From: Poseidonia sp.
GTDB taxonomy: Archaea; Thermoplasmatota; Poseidoniia; Poseidoniales; Poseidoniaceae
Assembly: GCA_049627345.1 (NCBI GenBank)
Contig: JBMZXF010000001.1
Span: 85,848 to 149,847, forward strand
Length of the DNA: 64,000 nucleotides
Direction: 5' to 3'
Numbering within the stretch: position 1 is the first letter of the stretch; the number at the start of each line of letters is the position of its first letter. The notes beneath the pieces are model-generated. The model saw only the letters and a program-made list of their open reading frames with translations, searched no databases and had not been told where the DNA came from. Of the stretch, positions 17,430 through 25,784 are shown one piece after another. The translations under genes and the position numbers were made by a program.

Positions 17430-17912
17430 ATGAAAAAGCATTATGTGAATCGGCGGCGAGACAACGGCATGTCGTGGGCAGAAGACGATGTTCAATTGGT
17501 CCCTGTCTCGTGGCTCAAAGTCCACGAGGAAATCAAGCCAAAGAACCGAGATAAACTGCTTGAGATGACCAAAAAGTGGGGTGGCTACACCAAACCACTC
17601 ATCGTCGACAAGCGTACCGGGGCCATTTTGGACGGTCATCATCGCCATTCCATCGCCGTGCTGTTGGGGTTGAAGCGAGTGCCTGCTGTTTGCGTGGACT
17701 ACCTTCAAGACGATTCCATCCAACTCGGCGTCTGGCCGGCCTGTGGCCGGGATTCACTCACGAAGGCAGAGGTGATTGCCATGTCACTCTCCGATGAAGT
17801 GTTTCCTCCAAAGACGAGCCGTCACACGCTTCCTGATGAGACGCCACCAATTTTCGTGCCGCTCGAAACCTTGGCGGTGCTTCCCCCGCTTACGGGTCCT
17901 GACGCGTCTTGA
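17430..17912 (+). CDS. ParB/sulfiredoxin-like N-terminal-domain protein
   Basis: PLIVDKRTGAILDGHHRHSIAVLLGLKRVPAV contains the DGHHR-type ParB-like motif. The start is uncertain: ATG 17430 or ATG 17469. Confidence 0.5.
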   Translation: MKKHYVNRRRDNGMSWAEDDVQLVPVSWLKVHEEIKPKNRDKLLEMTKKWGGYTKPLIVDKRTGAILDGHHRHSIAVLLGLKRVPAVCVDYLQDDSIQLGVWPACGRDSLTKAEVIAMSLSDEVFPPKTSRHTLPDETPPIFVPLETLAVLPPLTGPDAS

Positions 17913-19701
17913 TCCAGTCCCGCCAGCGTCCGTTGCCCTTTCCCTTCAGGGAAACACCGTGCTGCGGTGAGGCTGGCAGTGTTAGGTTCACCGTGCTCAA
18001 AATGCCTTCATGGACCACATCGATGGTGAGTTCATCGGCGGTTCGCCCCGAAATCAGTTTCTTGAGGTGAGCGACGGACTTGATGCGCACGCCGTCGATG
18101 GCGAGCAGTTCGTCGCCGACCTGGGTCAGTTCTCGAAGGGGTGAGCCAGCGTGGTAAGTGGTGATGACAACCCGGCCGGCGACCTCTTTGAGTCCGACAC
18201 CCAGCCATCCCTTTCCTTCCTTGTCGGAGGTGTGGGGCACCAGCTTCAATCTGAACGCGGAGAGGGCGCGCTGGAGGTTGGGGTGGTTTCGATGCTGGAC
18301 CAAACGGTCGAGGTAAGGGCCCATGTTCTCACCGCCAGGACACGACTTGAGTGTCGTTCGAATGTCGTTGTACTCGACGCCCAGTTCTTCGGATTCAGGC
18401 GAATCGATGGCGTAGCGACGAACCAGTTCCGCCATGAGGTCGCAGGCACCGAAGGCGTGGTTGTTTCGCCGTCGCAACTCAACGTCCAAGCAGAGCAGGG
18501 CCAGTTCCCCTTCAAGGTAGTAGGAAATTTGGTTCTCTCTCGTGTAGGGTCCGCTTCTATAGAGGTGAATCCATGCATCATGGCTTGACTCTGCAAGGGA
18601 TTCTCGAAGCATGCCGTTGTTGGCGGTGTGTCGCTTCATCTTTCGCTCAAAATCCAATCGCCAGTCTTCTTCACTCCATGCACCCGAGCGAACACACATC
18701 ATGTCGCCCAGCCAGGACGTGGCGCCCTCAAACCACCACAGGAGATCGGTGTGCGTCTCCGACTGCAAGTCGTAGTCAAGGAAGGATTTGGGGCGAAGGC
18801 GTTTGACGTTCCACTGATGGAGGTACTCATGCGAAAACAAACTCACGAGGTCCCTGTACTCGTCGGCGTGGTCCGGGAACAAGCAGGAACGTGGCATCAT
18901 CGAGGTCTGAGAATTCATGTGCTCAAGTCCGCCTCTGCCGGTGTCGGTCAGGTGGAGCACCGTGGTGTAATCCGGCCAATCAGGCACCCCGAACAGGGCG
19001 TAATGTTCCTTGGCAATGCGTTCCATGTCGTCGATGAAGGCATGGAGGCGGGTGCTGTCGGGCTGATGCCCACCGCTGTCCCACCATTTCAGATGATGAG
19101 GGCGCCCGGAGATGTTGTGCGTGATGGTGGGGTTCGGGTTGACTTCGATGATGCTATCGAGCACCATGTCCCTGCCGTCGGTGGAGAAATGCCACCGCTT
19201 GCTGGCATCGTTCAGGTCTTCGCTTGAATCAAGGTGGAGTTGCGTCGCCGGGGTCCATGCCGATGGCGCCGTGATGTCCACGCCGTGCTTCAATTCCAAA
19301 CGCTTGGTATCGATGCCGCGTTCGGGCCAAAACCAGGTGAAGGGCGGCATCAGGTGCAAGTGGGTCGTGTCGAGGTGATTGGACCGAACGCTCAGTTCCT
19401 TGGCGAGCAGTGTGTAGCTGAGGCGGACGGTCTTGGAACTTTTTCGGAGGCGGACCGAGATGCCGTCCACGCCGACGCGCTTCCACGTCAATTCCGTGCC
19501 GGCGTCATCGGTGGCAGAAAAATCAAACATGTGCTGAATCGGTTCTCGCAAGAAGTACGAACCCGGGACCCAACGAGGGAACCTCAGGACCAGTTGCAGT
19601 GAGGTGAAAGGCCCCTCAATGGTCAATCCTGCACCCAGGTGGTGTTGACGGCCGTTGGTCGCATCGGCGTGAAAGCGGATACCGGAGGCTGGCAGGCTCA
19701 T
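17890..19701 (-). CDS. M61 family (glycyl aminopeptidase-like) zinc metallopeptidase with a C-terminal PDZ domain
   Basis: FSHEYLHQWNVKRLRP (HExxH followed by WNVKR) and a PDZ-like GWLGVGLKEV...GDELLAIDGVRI. Confidence 0.8.
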   Translation of the reverse strand: MSLPASGIRFHADATNGRQHHLGAGLTIEGPFTSLQLVLRFPRWVPGSYFLREPIQHMFDFSATDDAGTELTWKRVGVDGISVRLRKSSKTVRLSYTLLAKELSVRSNHLDTTHLHLMPPFTWFWPERGIDTKRLELKHGVDITAPSAWTPATQLHLDSSEDLNDASKRWHFSTDGRDMVLDSIIEVNPNPTITHNISGRPHHLKWWDSGGHQPDSTRLHAFIDDMERIAKEHYALFGVPDWPDYTTVLHLTDTGRGGLEHMNSQTSMMPRSCLFPDHADEYRDLVSLFSHEYLHQWNVKRLRPKSFLDYDLQSETHTDLLWWFEGATSWLGDMMCVRSGAWSEEDWRLDFERKMKRHTANNGMLRESLAESSHDAWIHLYRSGPYTRENQISYYLEGELALLCLDVELRRRNNHAFGACDLMAELVRRYAIDSPESEELGVEYNDIRTTLKSCPGGENMGPYLDRLVQHRNHPNLQRALSAFRLKLVPHTSDKEGKGWLGVGLKEVAGRVVITTYHAGSPLRELTQVGDELLAIDGVRIKSVAHLKKLISGRTADELTIDVVHEGILSTVNLTLPASPQHGVSLKGKGNGRWRDWIKTRQDP

Positions 19702-20756
19702 GCTCCAAGTTCAGTTGCGGCGGTTGATAGGTTCTCGCACGCCACCTTGAGGAGTTCATCTTCGGTGGTTTGGGCGAGTTCGTTGACTCGCTGAATCACA
19801 CTCTGTTCGTTGGCTCGACCGATGAGCCGTTCGAGGAGTTTGCACCGCTCGATAACATGGAGGCGTTCGTCGTTGACGAGTTGCCACCGAAGCTCGTCCT
19901 CCGAGGCATCTTGCCGGATCACCCAACGCGCCACTGGCTCGAGCAAACCGCCGTCGAGAAGATGTTGAACCAGCGGTTGGGAGCTGTCTGAAACATGTGC
20001 ACGCAGATGATCGCCGAGGGCCTTCATGTCCTTTGCTTTGATGTGTTGGGTGAGTTGCTTGAGCTGCGATGCCTCGTGTTCGGCCGCCCACACGAGGATG
20101 TCCACAGTGTGGTGCCCGGCTTCCAAAAACGGAACCAAATCGTCCATCTTCACGTCCACGCTTCGCTTGAGGGCGCTGTTCAAGGCCGCCACACGCACGG
20201 CCTCGTGCGGGTCTGTCAAACCGCTGCGCAAGCTCGCTTCGGGCAGCAGGGCGTGGCTCATGCCGGTGGCCCGAATTGAATCGCTGTTGTGTTGTGCGAG
20301 GCGTTGTGCAACATCGTCGTCCTCCACGAGAAGCAACGCTCTTGCCGCTTTGCGCTGCACGACGGTGTCATCGTCATCAAGAGCATTCAACGCCAACGGA
20401 ACGCCTTGCTGGCCAAGGGGTGCAAGCAGGTTGGCGCCGGCCCTGCGAACGTCCAAATTGCGATGGTTGAGCAGGGTTTCAATGGCTTCGCTGCCGGACA
20501 GCAATCCCCATGTTCGGTAGGCATCCAGGGCCTTTGAGACGAACCAGGTGTCGTCGTCATCAAGCAGTGGCTTGAACGCCTGCAGCACGGAAGGGTCGTC
20601 GTGTTCAAACAAGGTTCGAACCGCTCGGCGTCGGGTGCGAATGTCTCGGTGCTTCAACCGAGCCATGGCTTTCCCGATGTCGTTCGCCATGCTCGTGGGA
20701 AGCGCCGCTCCCTCATAGCCTGTTGCGTTGTCCTCAGCGCATTTCGAGCCAGGCAA
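19698..20756 (-). CDS. HEAT-repeat (PBS-lyase-like) protein
   Basis: Repeated D-x-R/V-R-x-A-A-x-x-L helical units (DIRTRRRAVRTL, DVRRAGANLL, VVQRKAARAL, AVRVAALNSAL). The stop overlaps the M61 start (ATGA). The start is uncertain: TTG 20756 or ATG 20690. Confidence 0.55.
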   Translation of the reverse strand: MPGSKCAEDNATGYEGAALPTSMANDIGKAMARLKHRDIRTRRRAVRTLFEHDDPSVLQAFKPLLDDDDTWFVSKALDAYRTWGLLSGSEAIETLLNHRNLDVRRAGANLLAPLGQQGVPLALNALDDDDTVVQRKAARALLLVEDDDVAQRLAQHNSDSIRATGMSHALLPEASLRSGLTDPHEAVRVAALNSALKRSVDVKMDDLVPFLEAGHHTVDILVWAAEHEASQLKQLTQHIKAKDMKALGDHLRAHVSDSSQPLVQHLLDGGLLEPVARWVIRQDASEDELRWQLVNDERLHVIERCKLLERLIGRANEQSVIQRVNELAQTTEDELLKVACENLSTAATELGA

Positions 20757-21366
20757 AGAACAGGATGATGGGAAGGAGGTAGAACAAGCGACGATGCATG
20801 CGATGCGTGGCTTCCATGTGCTCGATCACCGACGGAGGAAGCACTTCAACGGACGAGGAGGTTCGGCGACGGCGGTTGAGCATGACGTGTTCTTCGATGT
20901 AGGCCAGCACCGTGCCACGAAGTTCGGGATCCCTGCTTCGTGCTTCACCCCGGCCGACGATGTAGCGAATGGGATGTTCCTCCGCCAATTCAAGGGTTGC
21001 AGCCACGATGGTCAAGGGTTGAGTTGAGTTGTGCAGGTCAATCCGAACCGTACGCCCGTCGCTTCGTACGTGGCTGAGCACGCGCCATTTCCCTTGACCT
21101 TCATTGAAGGGCTGGAGCCGAGTTCGGATTTCATCGATGGGGTCCACGTTGGAGACGTTGGGTGCCCTTCGGAAGCCCAAGAACGGCCCCAAAAGAAGTC
21201 CACAAGCCACCGGTGTGATGCACATCAGTTGAACGAGTCTCACCAAAGCATCGGGGTCGGTTAACGCCGAAACAACGGCGAGCGAGAAACCAAGGAAGAG
21301 GCCGATGAACCCACCTGCTTGGACGCCGGTGACCAGGCCGATGCGGGGGCGCTCGGTCTCGGCCAT
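20734..21366 (-). CDS. Hypothetical membrane protein
   Basis: Two N-terminal and one C-terminal hydrophobic helices. I trimmed the start to ATG 21366; the upstream track extension is Arg/Pro-rich and overlaps the divergent gene's promoter region. Confidence 0.4.
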   Translation of the reverse strand: MAETERPRIGLVTGVQAGGFIGLFLGFSLAVVSALTDPDALVRLVQLMCITPVACGLLLGPFLGFRRAPNVSNVDPIDEIRTRLQPFNEGQGKWRVLSHVRSDGRTVRIDLHNSTQPLTIVAATLELAEEHPIRYIVGRGEARSRDPELRGTVLAYIEEHVMLNRRRRTSSSVEVLPPSVIEHMEATHRMHRRLFYLLPIILFFAWLEMR

Positions 21367-21446
21367 GATGGCGCATGAGGCGTGTGGCCATTGAAGGCTT
21401 GGTTGATGAAGAAACAATGAAGTGATTCTGCCGGGCTTAGAGTTGC

Positions 21447-22208
21447 ATGGAGCGCAACGGTTTGCCCGACCGGATGCGTGAAGCCAAGATTGGACGGTGG
21501 GTCCTCGGCGTGTGTGGGTTCTTGCTGGTCTCGTTTTTCCTCGCCCCCCTGACCCTTGAGGAGGGTTCGGTCGGGCCGCTTCAGGGGCGGGCCAACGCCA
21601 TCGATTACTACAGCGAGGACGGCTTCGGATCACATGGCAACCAAGTCGCCGAAGAGGGGTCTGCTGACGGCCAATGCTGCCCCGCCTTTGCATGGTCGGA
21701 GGTCAATTTCTACGCCGCCATCGTCTACGGTTTTGGCGATGTGAACTGCCATCAAAAATCAGAGCGCTCGTGGGAAGTCAACAATAACCAACTTCCTGTC
21801 TGCACCCGTGATGTTGGTATCTTTGCTGGTCTCTTCATTGGCGGCGTCGTGTTCTCTCGCCGCGGTTGGAATCGATGGACGGTTCGTGACACCTGTCTCT
21901 CCCTGCTGCCTGAATCCATGCTCCACGGCGTGTATGAAAAAAATCAGCGCACGATGCTGTGGTTGGCATGTGGCATGCTGCTTTGCGTTCCGCTGATCGC
22001 AGACGGCTTCCTTCAACTCCTCACCTCGTACGAATCAACCAACTTCAAGCGGGTGTTGACCGGGATTCCCTTTGGCTTTGGCCTCGGAATCCTCCTGTGC
22101 TCCATGTTTGCCGCTCGGGCCGAGGCGTTCTTCGGAGCGGGTCAGGTGCTTCTTCCCGGTGAGGCAAGGTTCACCCTTGCAAGCAACGGGCGTCAGGAAT
22201 CCGAGTGA
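21447..22208 (+). CDS. DUF2085-like membrane protein
   Basis: CHQKSERSW...LPVCTRDVGIFAG motif pair and several transmembrane helices. Confidence 0.55.
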   Translation: MERNGLPDRMREAKIGRWVLGVCGFLLVSFFLAPLTLEEGSVGPLQGRANAIDYYSEDGFGSHGNQVAEEGSADGQCCPAFAWSEVNFYAAIVYGFGDVNCHQKSERSWEVNNNQLPVCTRDVGIFAGLFIGGVVFSRRGWNRWTVRDTCLSLLPESMLHGVYEKNQRTMLWLACGMLLCVPLIADGFLQLLTSYESTNFKRVLTGIPFGFGLGILLCSMFAARAEAFFGAGQVLLPGEARFTLASNGRQESE

Positions 22209-23560
22209 TTTGGCGGCTGCATCGACCACCAGACGGTCAGTTCAGCGGCGTTGGTCGGCAGCGGGCAGCCTTCGTGGCCGCTGGTCAAGATTTGCAGGCG
22301 TTCGTGCACGTCGGCGACGGCTTTTTGCAAACTCGACGACAGTGATTTGCCTTCTTCCACTGCAAACACCTCATGCAGGGCTTGGGTCCATTCGGCGTCG
22401 GGGTTGGCCCGCCGCCAAGAGGCGAGTTGCGTTCTCAACGGCCACATGGCCAGGGTCAGTCGGGCGAAGCCAAGTCGTTCCTCTCGAAGTTTGAACAGTT
22501 GAGCGTCGCTGAACGGGGTGTGGTTCTGTTGTTTGTGAACCCAATGCTCTGCCAACAGCCACTTGATGAGGCGTTGCGTGTGACGCTGCGTCACCATGCG
22601 CACAGGACCGAGCGCAGCGTGGAGGCGAGGGACTTCGCTTGAACCTACCATCAGCGAGAGCGTGCCCAAGATGGACCAGCAGGAATGGGCGAGGGGTGAA
22701 GCTGGCACGTCGTGTTCCTGTGCGGAAGCCGTCGGCCAGTTGTCCTCGGCCTCTTTCATCCAATACGCCGGTGATTTCCCACCCAACCAGCCCACGTGAA
22801 TCGCCGTTCGTTCCTGCGGTGCTCCCGGTAACCGTCGTTGTTTCTTGACGTCGTGGACCAAGGTGTTGAGCAGTGTGCGGTCAACTGCGTCGCGGTCCAC
22901 GTTCAGCGGGAGCGGCTTTTTGTTGAAGAAACGACGAAGTTCTCGTCGGAGTTTGGTCTTCAATTCGTCCAGTCCACCTTCGTTCATGATGGGGCCAACA
23001 ACGCAGCACTGGTTGAAGGGTGAGGGCACCTCGCCGAGTTCACCGAACAAGGCATGAAACCCTTGGCGAATGGTCGTTTGAATTTCTTGAGTCTCGAAAT
23101 ACTCCTGCTTTTGACTCGTCATGCGGAGCGTTCCCGACTTGATTCGCTTCATGGCCTTCTCAGGGTCGCAATCAATCCAAAACACGAGGTCTGGAATCAT
23201 GGCGGCAGCGTTCATGCCAGCGACCTTTTCGAGTCCGAGGTCGCCCACTACGCCCTGGTAGATGAGGGACGAGTGGATGTTTCTGTCAGAGATGACGACG
23301 CATCCTCGAGCCAGGTGGGGTCGTATGAAGGTGTGGGAATGGTCAAGACGGTCGGCGGCGAACAAACCCGCTTCCTCGAGGGGTGTTTTGTTGCCGAGTT
23401 TCACAGATTGAAGGGCCAATTTCCCTAACTCACTGTGGCGACGAGGCTCGTGGGTCATCACCACATCCGGGAACGGAAACTCGCTGAGGAGTTCACCGAG
23501 GATACGAGCAGCCTCGCCCTTGCCGGACCCGTCGCCTCCCTCGACCGAGATCAAGTACAT
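22193..23560 (-). CDS. Thymidylate-kinase-like P-loop kinase fused to a 240-aa uncharacterised C-terminal domain
   Basis: N-terminal ISVEGGDGSGKG (EGxDGxGK), THEP, FAADRLDH and VISDRNIHSSLIYQG follow the Tmk order of motifs. Residues from about 215 to 455 have no motif I recognise. Confidence 0.65.
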   Translation of the reverse strand: MYLISVEGGDGSGKGEAARILGELLSEFPFPDVVMTHEPRRHSELGKLALQSVKLGNKTPLEEAGLFAADRLDHSHTFIRPHLARGCVVISDRNIHSSLIYQGVVGDLGLEKVAGMNAAAMIPDLVFWIDCDPEKAMKRIKSGTLRMTSQKQEYFETQEIQTTIRQGFHALFGELGEVPSPFNQCCVVGPIMNEGGLDELKTKLRRELRRFFNKKPLPLNVDRDAVDRTLLNTLVHDVKKQRRLPGAPQERTAIHVGWLGGKSPAYWMKEAEDNWPTASAQEHDVPASPLAHSCWSILGTLSLMVGSSEVPRLHAALGPVRMVTQRHTQRLIKWLLAEHWVHKQQNHTPFSDAQLFKLREERLGFARLTLAMWPLRTQLASWRRANPDAEWTQALHEVFAVEEGKSLSSSLQKAVADVHERLQILTSGHEGCPLPTNAAELTVWWSMQPPNHSDS

Positions 23561-23562
23561 GC

Positions 23563-24426
23563 TCAGTCCTCACGCTGGTCTTCAAAGTCAATTTTTGCAA
23601 ACAGGTTCACGATCATGCCAAACAAGATCAATGTCGGTCCAACGATGATCAGACCGCGGCTGAAAAGGGCGCCTGCTGCCAAGTACTGGCTTCGTCGGTA
23701 GTGTTTGCCACGACGGATTTCGACCGCTGATTGGATGCCGAGCAACGCTGTGCCGATCGTGAGCACGCCGATGGCGGTCGAGAGTCCGACGGCGTTTTCA
23801 AGGGTCCAGCCCGAGATGGACTGCTGGTCGTTCTCTTCCCTGACGGGGGTGGCGTTCCCCGGTTTCATCGTGACAGGGTCCAAGCCGACGTTGTCGGGGA
23901 CGAAGGTCCGCTCCACCGTGACGTAGCCTTCCTTTGAGAAGACGATGATGTGGACCTCTTGTGCGACGTTTTTCATGGAGAAGTAGCCAAAACCATCGGT
24001 CACGGTGGATTGCAATTCTGCCCGAGATTCGGCTTCAAGGAGCACCACGGAGACGTTCTCAACGCCGTTTCCGTCGACGTCCTCGAGGGCCGTGCCGGAG
24101 ATGTCAACGGATTCTTGTTCTGCGAAGAGGGACGTGTTGAGCAGTTCGGTGGGGTTCCCTTGAAGGATGAGCGCACCGCTGACCATCCCGAGGATGCTGC
24201 CGACAAGGATGAGCACAGCCGCCAAGTTTCTCCATCGGTCCGCATCGAGGTCCATGAGTTCGTACCACTCATCGTCTTCTTGTTGACGCGTTGATTCAGG
24301 AGCGGGGAGTTCTTGGGTGCTGACCACCAATTCCTCTTCGATGATGCCGCCACTCAGCGCTGCCTCTTTCTTGGCCTTGACACGGGCACGAAGGGCTTCC
24401 ATCCTCGCTTCGCGGTCGTCGGACAT
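23563..24426 (-). CDS. Membrane protein with a carboxypeptidase-regulatory-like (Ig-like) extracellular domain
   Basis: It has a transmembrane helix, then GVENVSVVLLEAESRAELQSTVTDGFGYFSMKNV...VFSKEGY typical of CarboxypepD_reg-like folds, then 2-3 C-terminal TM helices. A GGGAGGGG Shine-Dalgarno is present. Confidence 0.5.
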   Translation of the reverse strand: MSDDREARMEALRARVKAKKEAALSGGIIEEELVVSTQELPAPESTRQQEDDEWYELMDLDADRWRNLAAVLILVGSILGMVSGALILQGNPTELLNTSLFAEQESVDISGTALEDVDGNGVENVSVVLLEAESRAELQSTVTDGFGYFSMKNVAQEVHIIVFSKEGYVTVERTFVPDNVGLDPVTMKPGNATPVREENDQQSISGWTLENAVGLSTAIGVLTIGTALLGIQSAVEIRRGKHYRRSQYLAAGALFSRGLIIVGPTLILFGMIVNLFAKIDFEDQRED

Positions 24427-24494
24427 GCTACCCCTCCCGTTGCCCCGAGGGCGTGCGCGGATAATACCTCTTTGTTGGATGACCGCGTGTTCAA

Positions 24495-25697
24495 TTAGCG
24501 TTTTCCTCTGACTTCAACCACCACGAGCAAGCCAAGAATGCTGACAAGTCCAACTGAAGCCATGACTGCGAGGCCGGTGTTTTGATTGGGGTAGGCTTCA
24601 GATTCGCCCTCTTCTGGCTGTTCAACGGAGGACGTGTCCTCCTCGCCCGTGGTGTCCGATGAAGGGTTGATGTTGACGAAGGCATCGGTGCGCAATCCCA
24701 GTTCGACAAGCCGGCCCACCTTGGCCAGCGATTGAGCGCTGACCTTGTCGGGGGTGTCCTCCATCGTGTGCCAGTACGAACCGAAGGTGTAGGGCTTGGG
24801 CACGCCGAAGGAGGTGTCCATGAGGTCGATGGCAGGGATGCCGAGGTTGTGGGCATGGACGTGATCGTCCAGCACGTACACGGTGGTCTCGTATTGAAGA
24901 ACATCCAAGCCGGCCTCACCGTTGCACGAAGTGGTGCCGTTCACCAGCCCCAACGAGGTGCCGAGTTCCACCACCCTCGATTTGAGCGTGGCGTTGCCGG
25001 GCGCAATGTCGTGGAGTTGCAAGTCAGCGTCGCCGACCATGTCCAGCAACACAAAGGCGTGGGTGGTGTTGATTTCGTCTCCCGTGAGGTTTTCCGCCCA
25101 GGCCTCTGCGCCCAGCGTGTACTTGGGCTGCTGGTCCTCTGCGTCGTTGAAGAACAACACCACATCGTAATCCAGGTTCATGTGGGGAATGTGACGAGCG
25201 AGTTCCAACAGCACCGCCACTCCACTCGCTGCATCGTTCGCACCAGGAACCGGGAGGGATTGGTTGCTTTCATTTTCGTCTTGGTCCGCCACATTGCGAG
25301 AATCGTAGTGGGCTGAGAGCACGAGTTGGCCGTTGCTGGTTGAGTCCGAGGGCCAGCGCGCAAAGAGGTTCGTGAGTTCCATGCCGTACCGTTCGTGCGT
25401 CTTGTTGCTCACCTCGTAACCCAGCGACTCAAGGTCGGCCGTGATGGTGGCTCGAAATTCAGCCGAGGCATTTGAACCCGGGATGCGGGGGCCCAGCCCC
25501 ACCTGCCAGGAAATCGACGCATTGGCATGGGTCCCGTTAAACTGCAATTCGTCAATGGTGGAGCACACCACGGAGGGTTCAAGCTCCTCAAATGAGGCGT
25601 GCGAAACCGGAGCGGATGAGGCCAGAACCATGCTGGCGAGAACAGCCAACATGAGGCCACGCGGTGCGGTTGGAACACGCACCTGTGCATGACGCAT
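24495..25697 (-). CDS. M28 family aminopeptidase, secreted with a C-terminal membrane anchor
   Basis: Signal-like N-terminus. SAHYDSRN...PGANDAASGVAVLLELARH is the M28 metal-ligand pattern. There is a C-terminal hydrophobic helix followed by RGKR. I trimmed the start to ATG 25697. Confidence 0.8.
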   Translation of the reverse strand: MRHAQVRVPTAPRGLMLAVLASMVLASSAPVSHASFEELEPSVVCSTIDELQFNGTHANASISWQVGLGPRIPGSNASAEFRATITADLESLGYEVSNKTHERYGMELTNLFARWPSDSTSNGQLVLSAHYDSRNVADQDENESNQSLPVPGANDAASGVAVLLELARHIPHMNLDYDVVLFFNDAEDQQPKYTLGAEAWAENLTGDEINTTHAFVLLDMVGDADLQLHDIAPGNATLKSRVVELGTSLGLVNGTTSCNGEAGLDVLQYETTVYVLDDHVHAHNLGIPAIDLMDTSFGVPKPYTFGSYWHTMEDTPDKVSAQSLAKVGRLVELGLRTDAFVNINPSSDTTGEEDTSSVEQPEEGESEAYPNQNTGLAVMASVGLVSILGLLVVVEVRGKR

Positions 25698-25784
25698 GAT
25701 GACGCCTCGACCACGGACTCTTAAATACCTCCTTTCTTCTCGCAAAATAGGGAATCCGTACCACGATTCTCCTCGGTGTTTGAC

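Noticed and set aside
17397-17723. N-terminal extensions of ORF-track calls: CCA-like 17397-17723, M28 25698-26210, AstE-like 39490-40170, membrane protein 21367-21693, PRTase 13154-13330, thioesterase 39232-39576, pmbA 47931-48032
   Set aside because: The extensions overlap neighbouring genes or divergent promoters and have Arg/His/Gly-rich atypical composition. Internal ATGs with Shine-Dalgarno elements or signal peptides give family-typical protein lengths.
20614-20623. GGTTCGAACC, a tRNA T-arm-like sequence
   Set aside because: It lies inside the HEAT-repeat CDS. I could not fold a matching acceptor stem, D-arm or anticodon arm around it.
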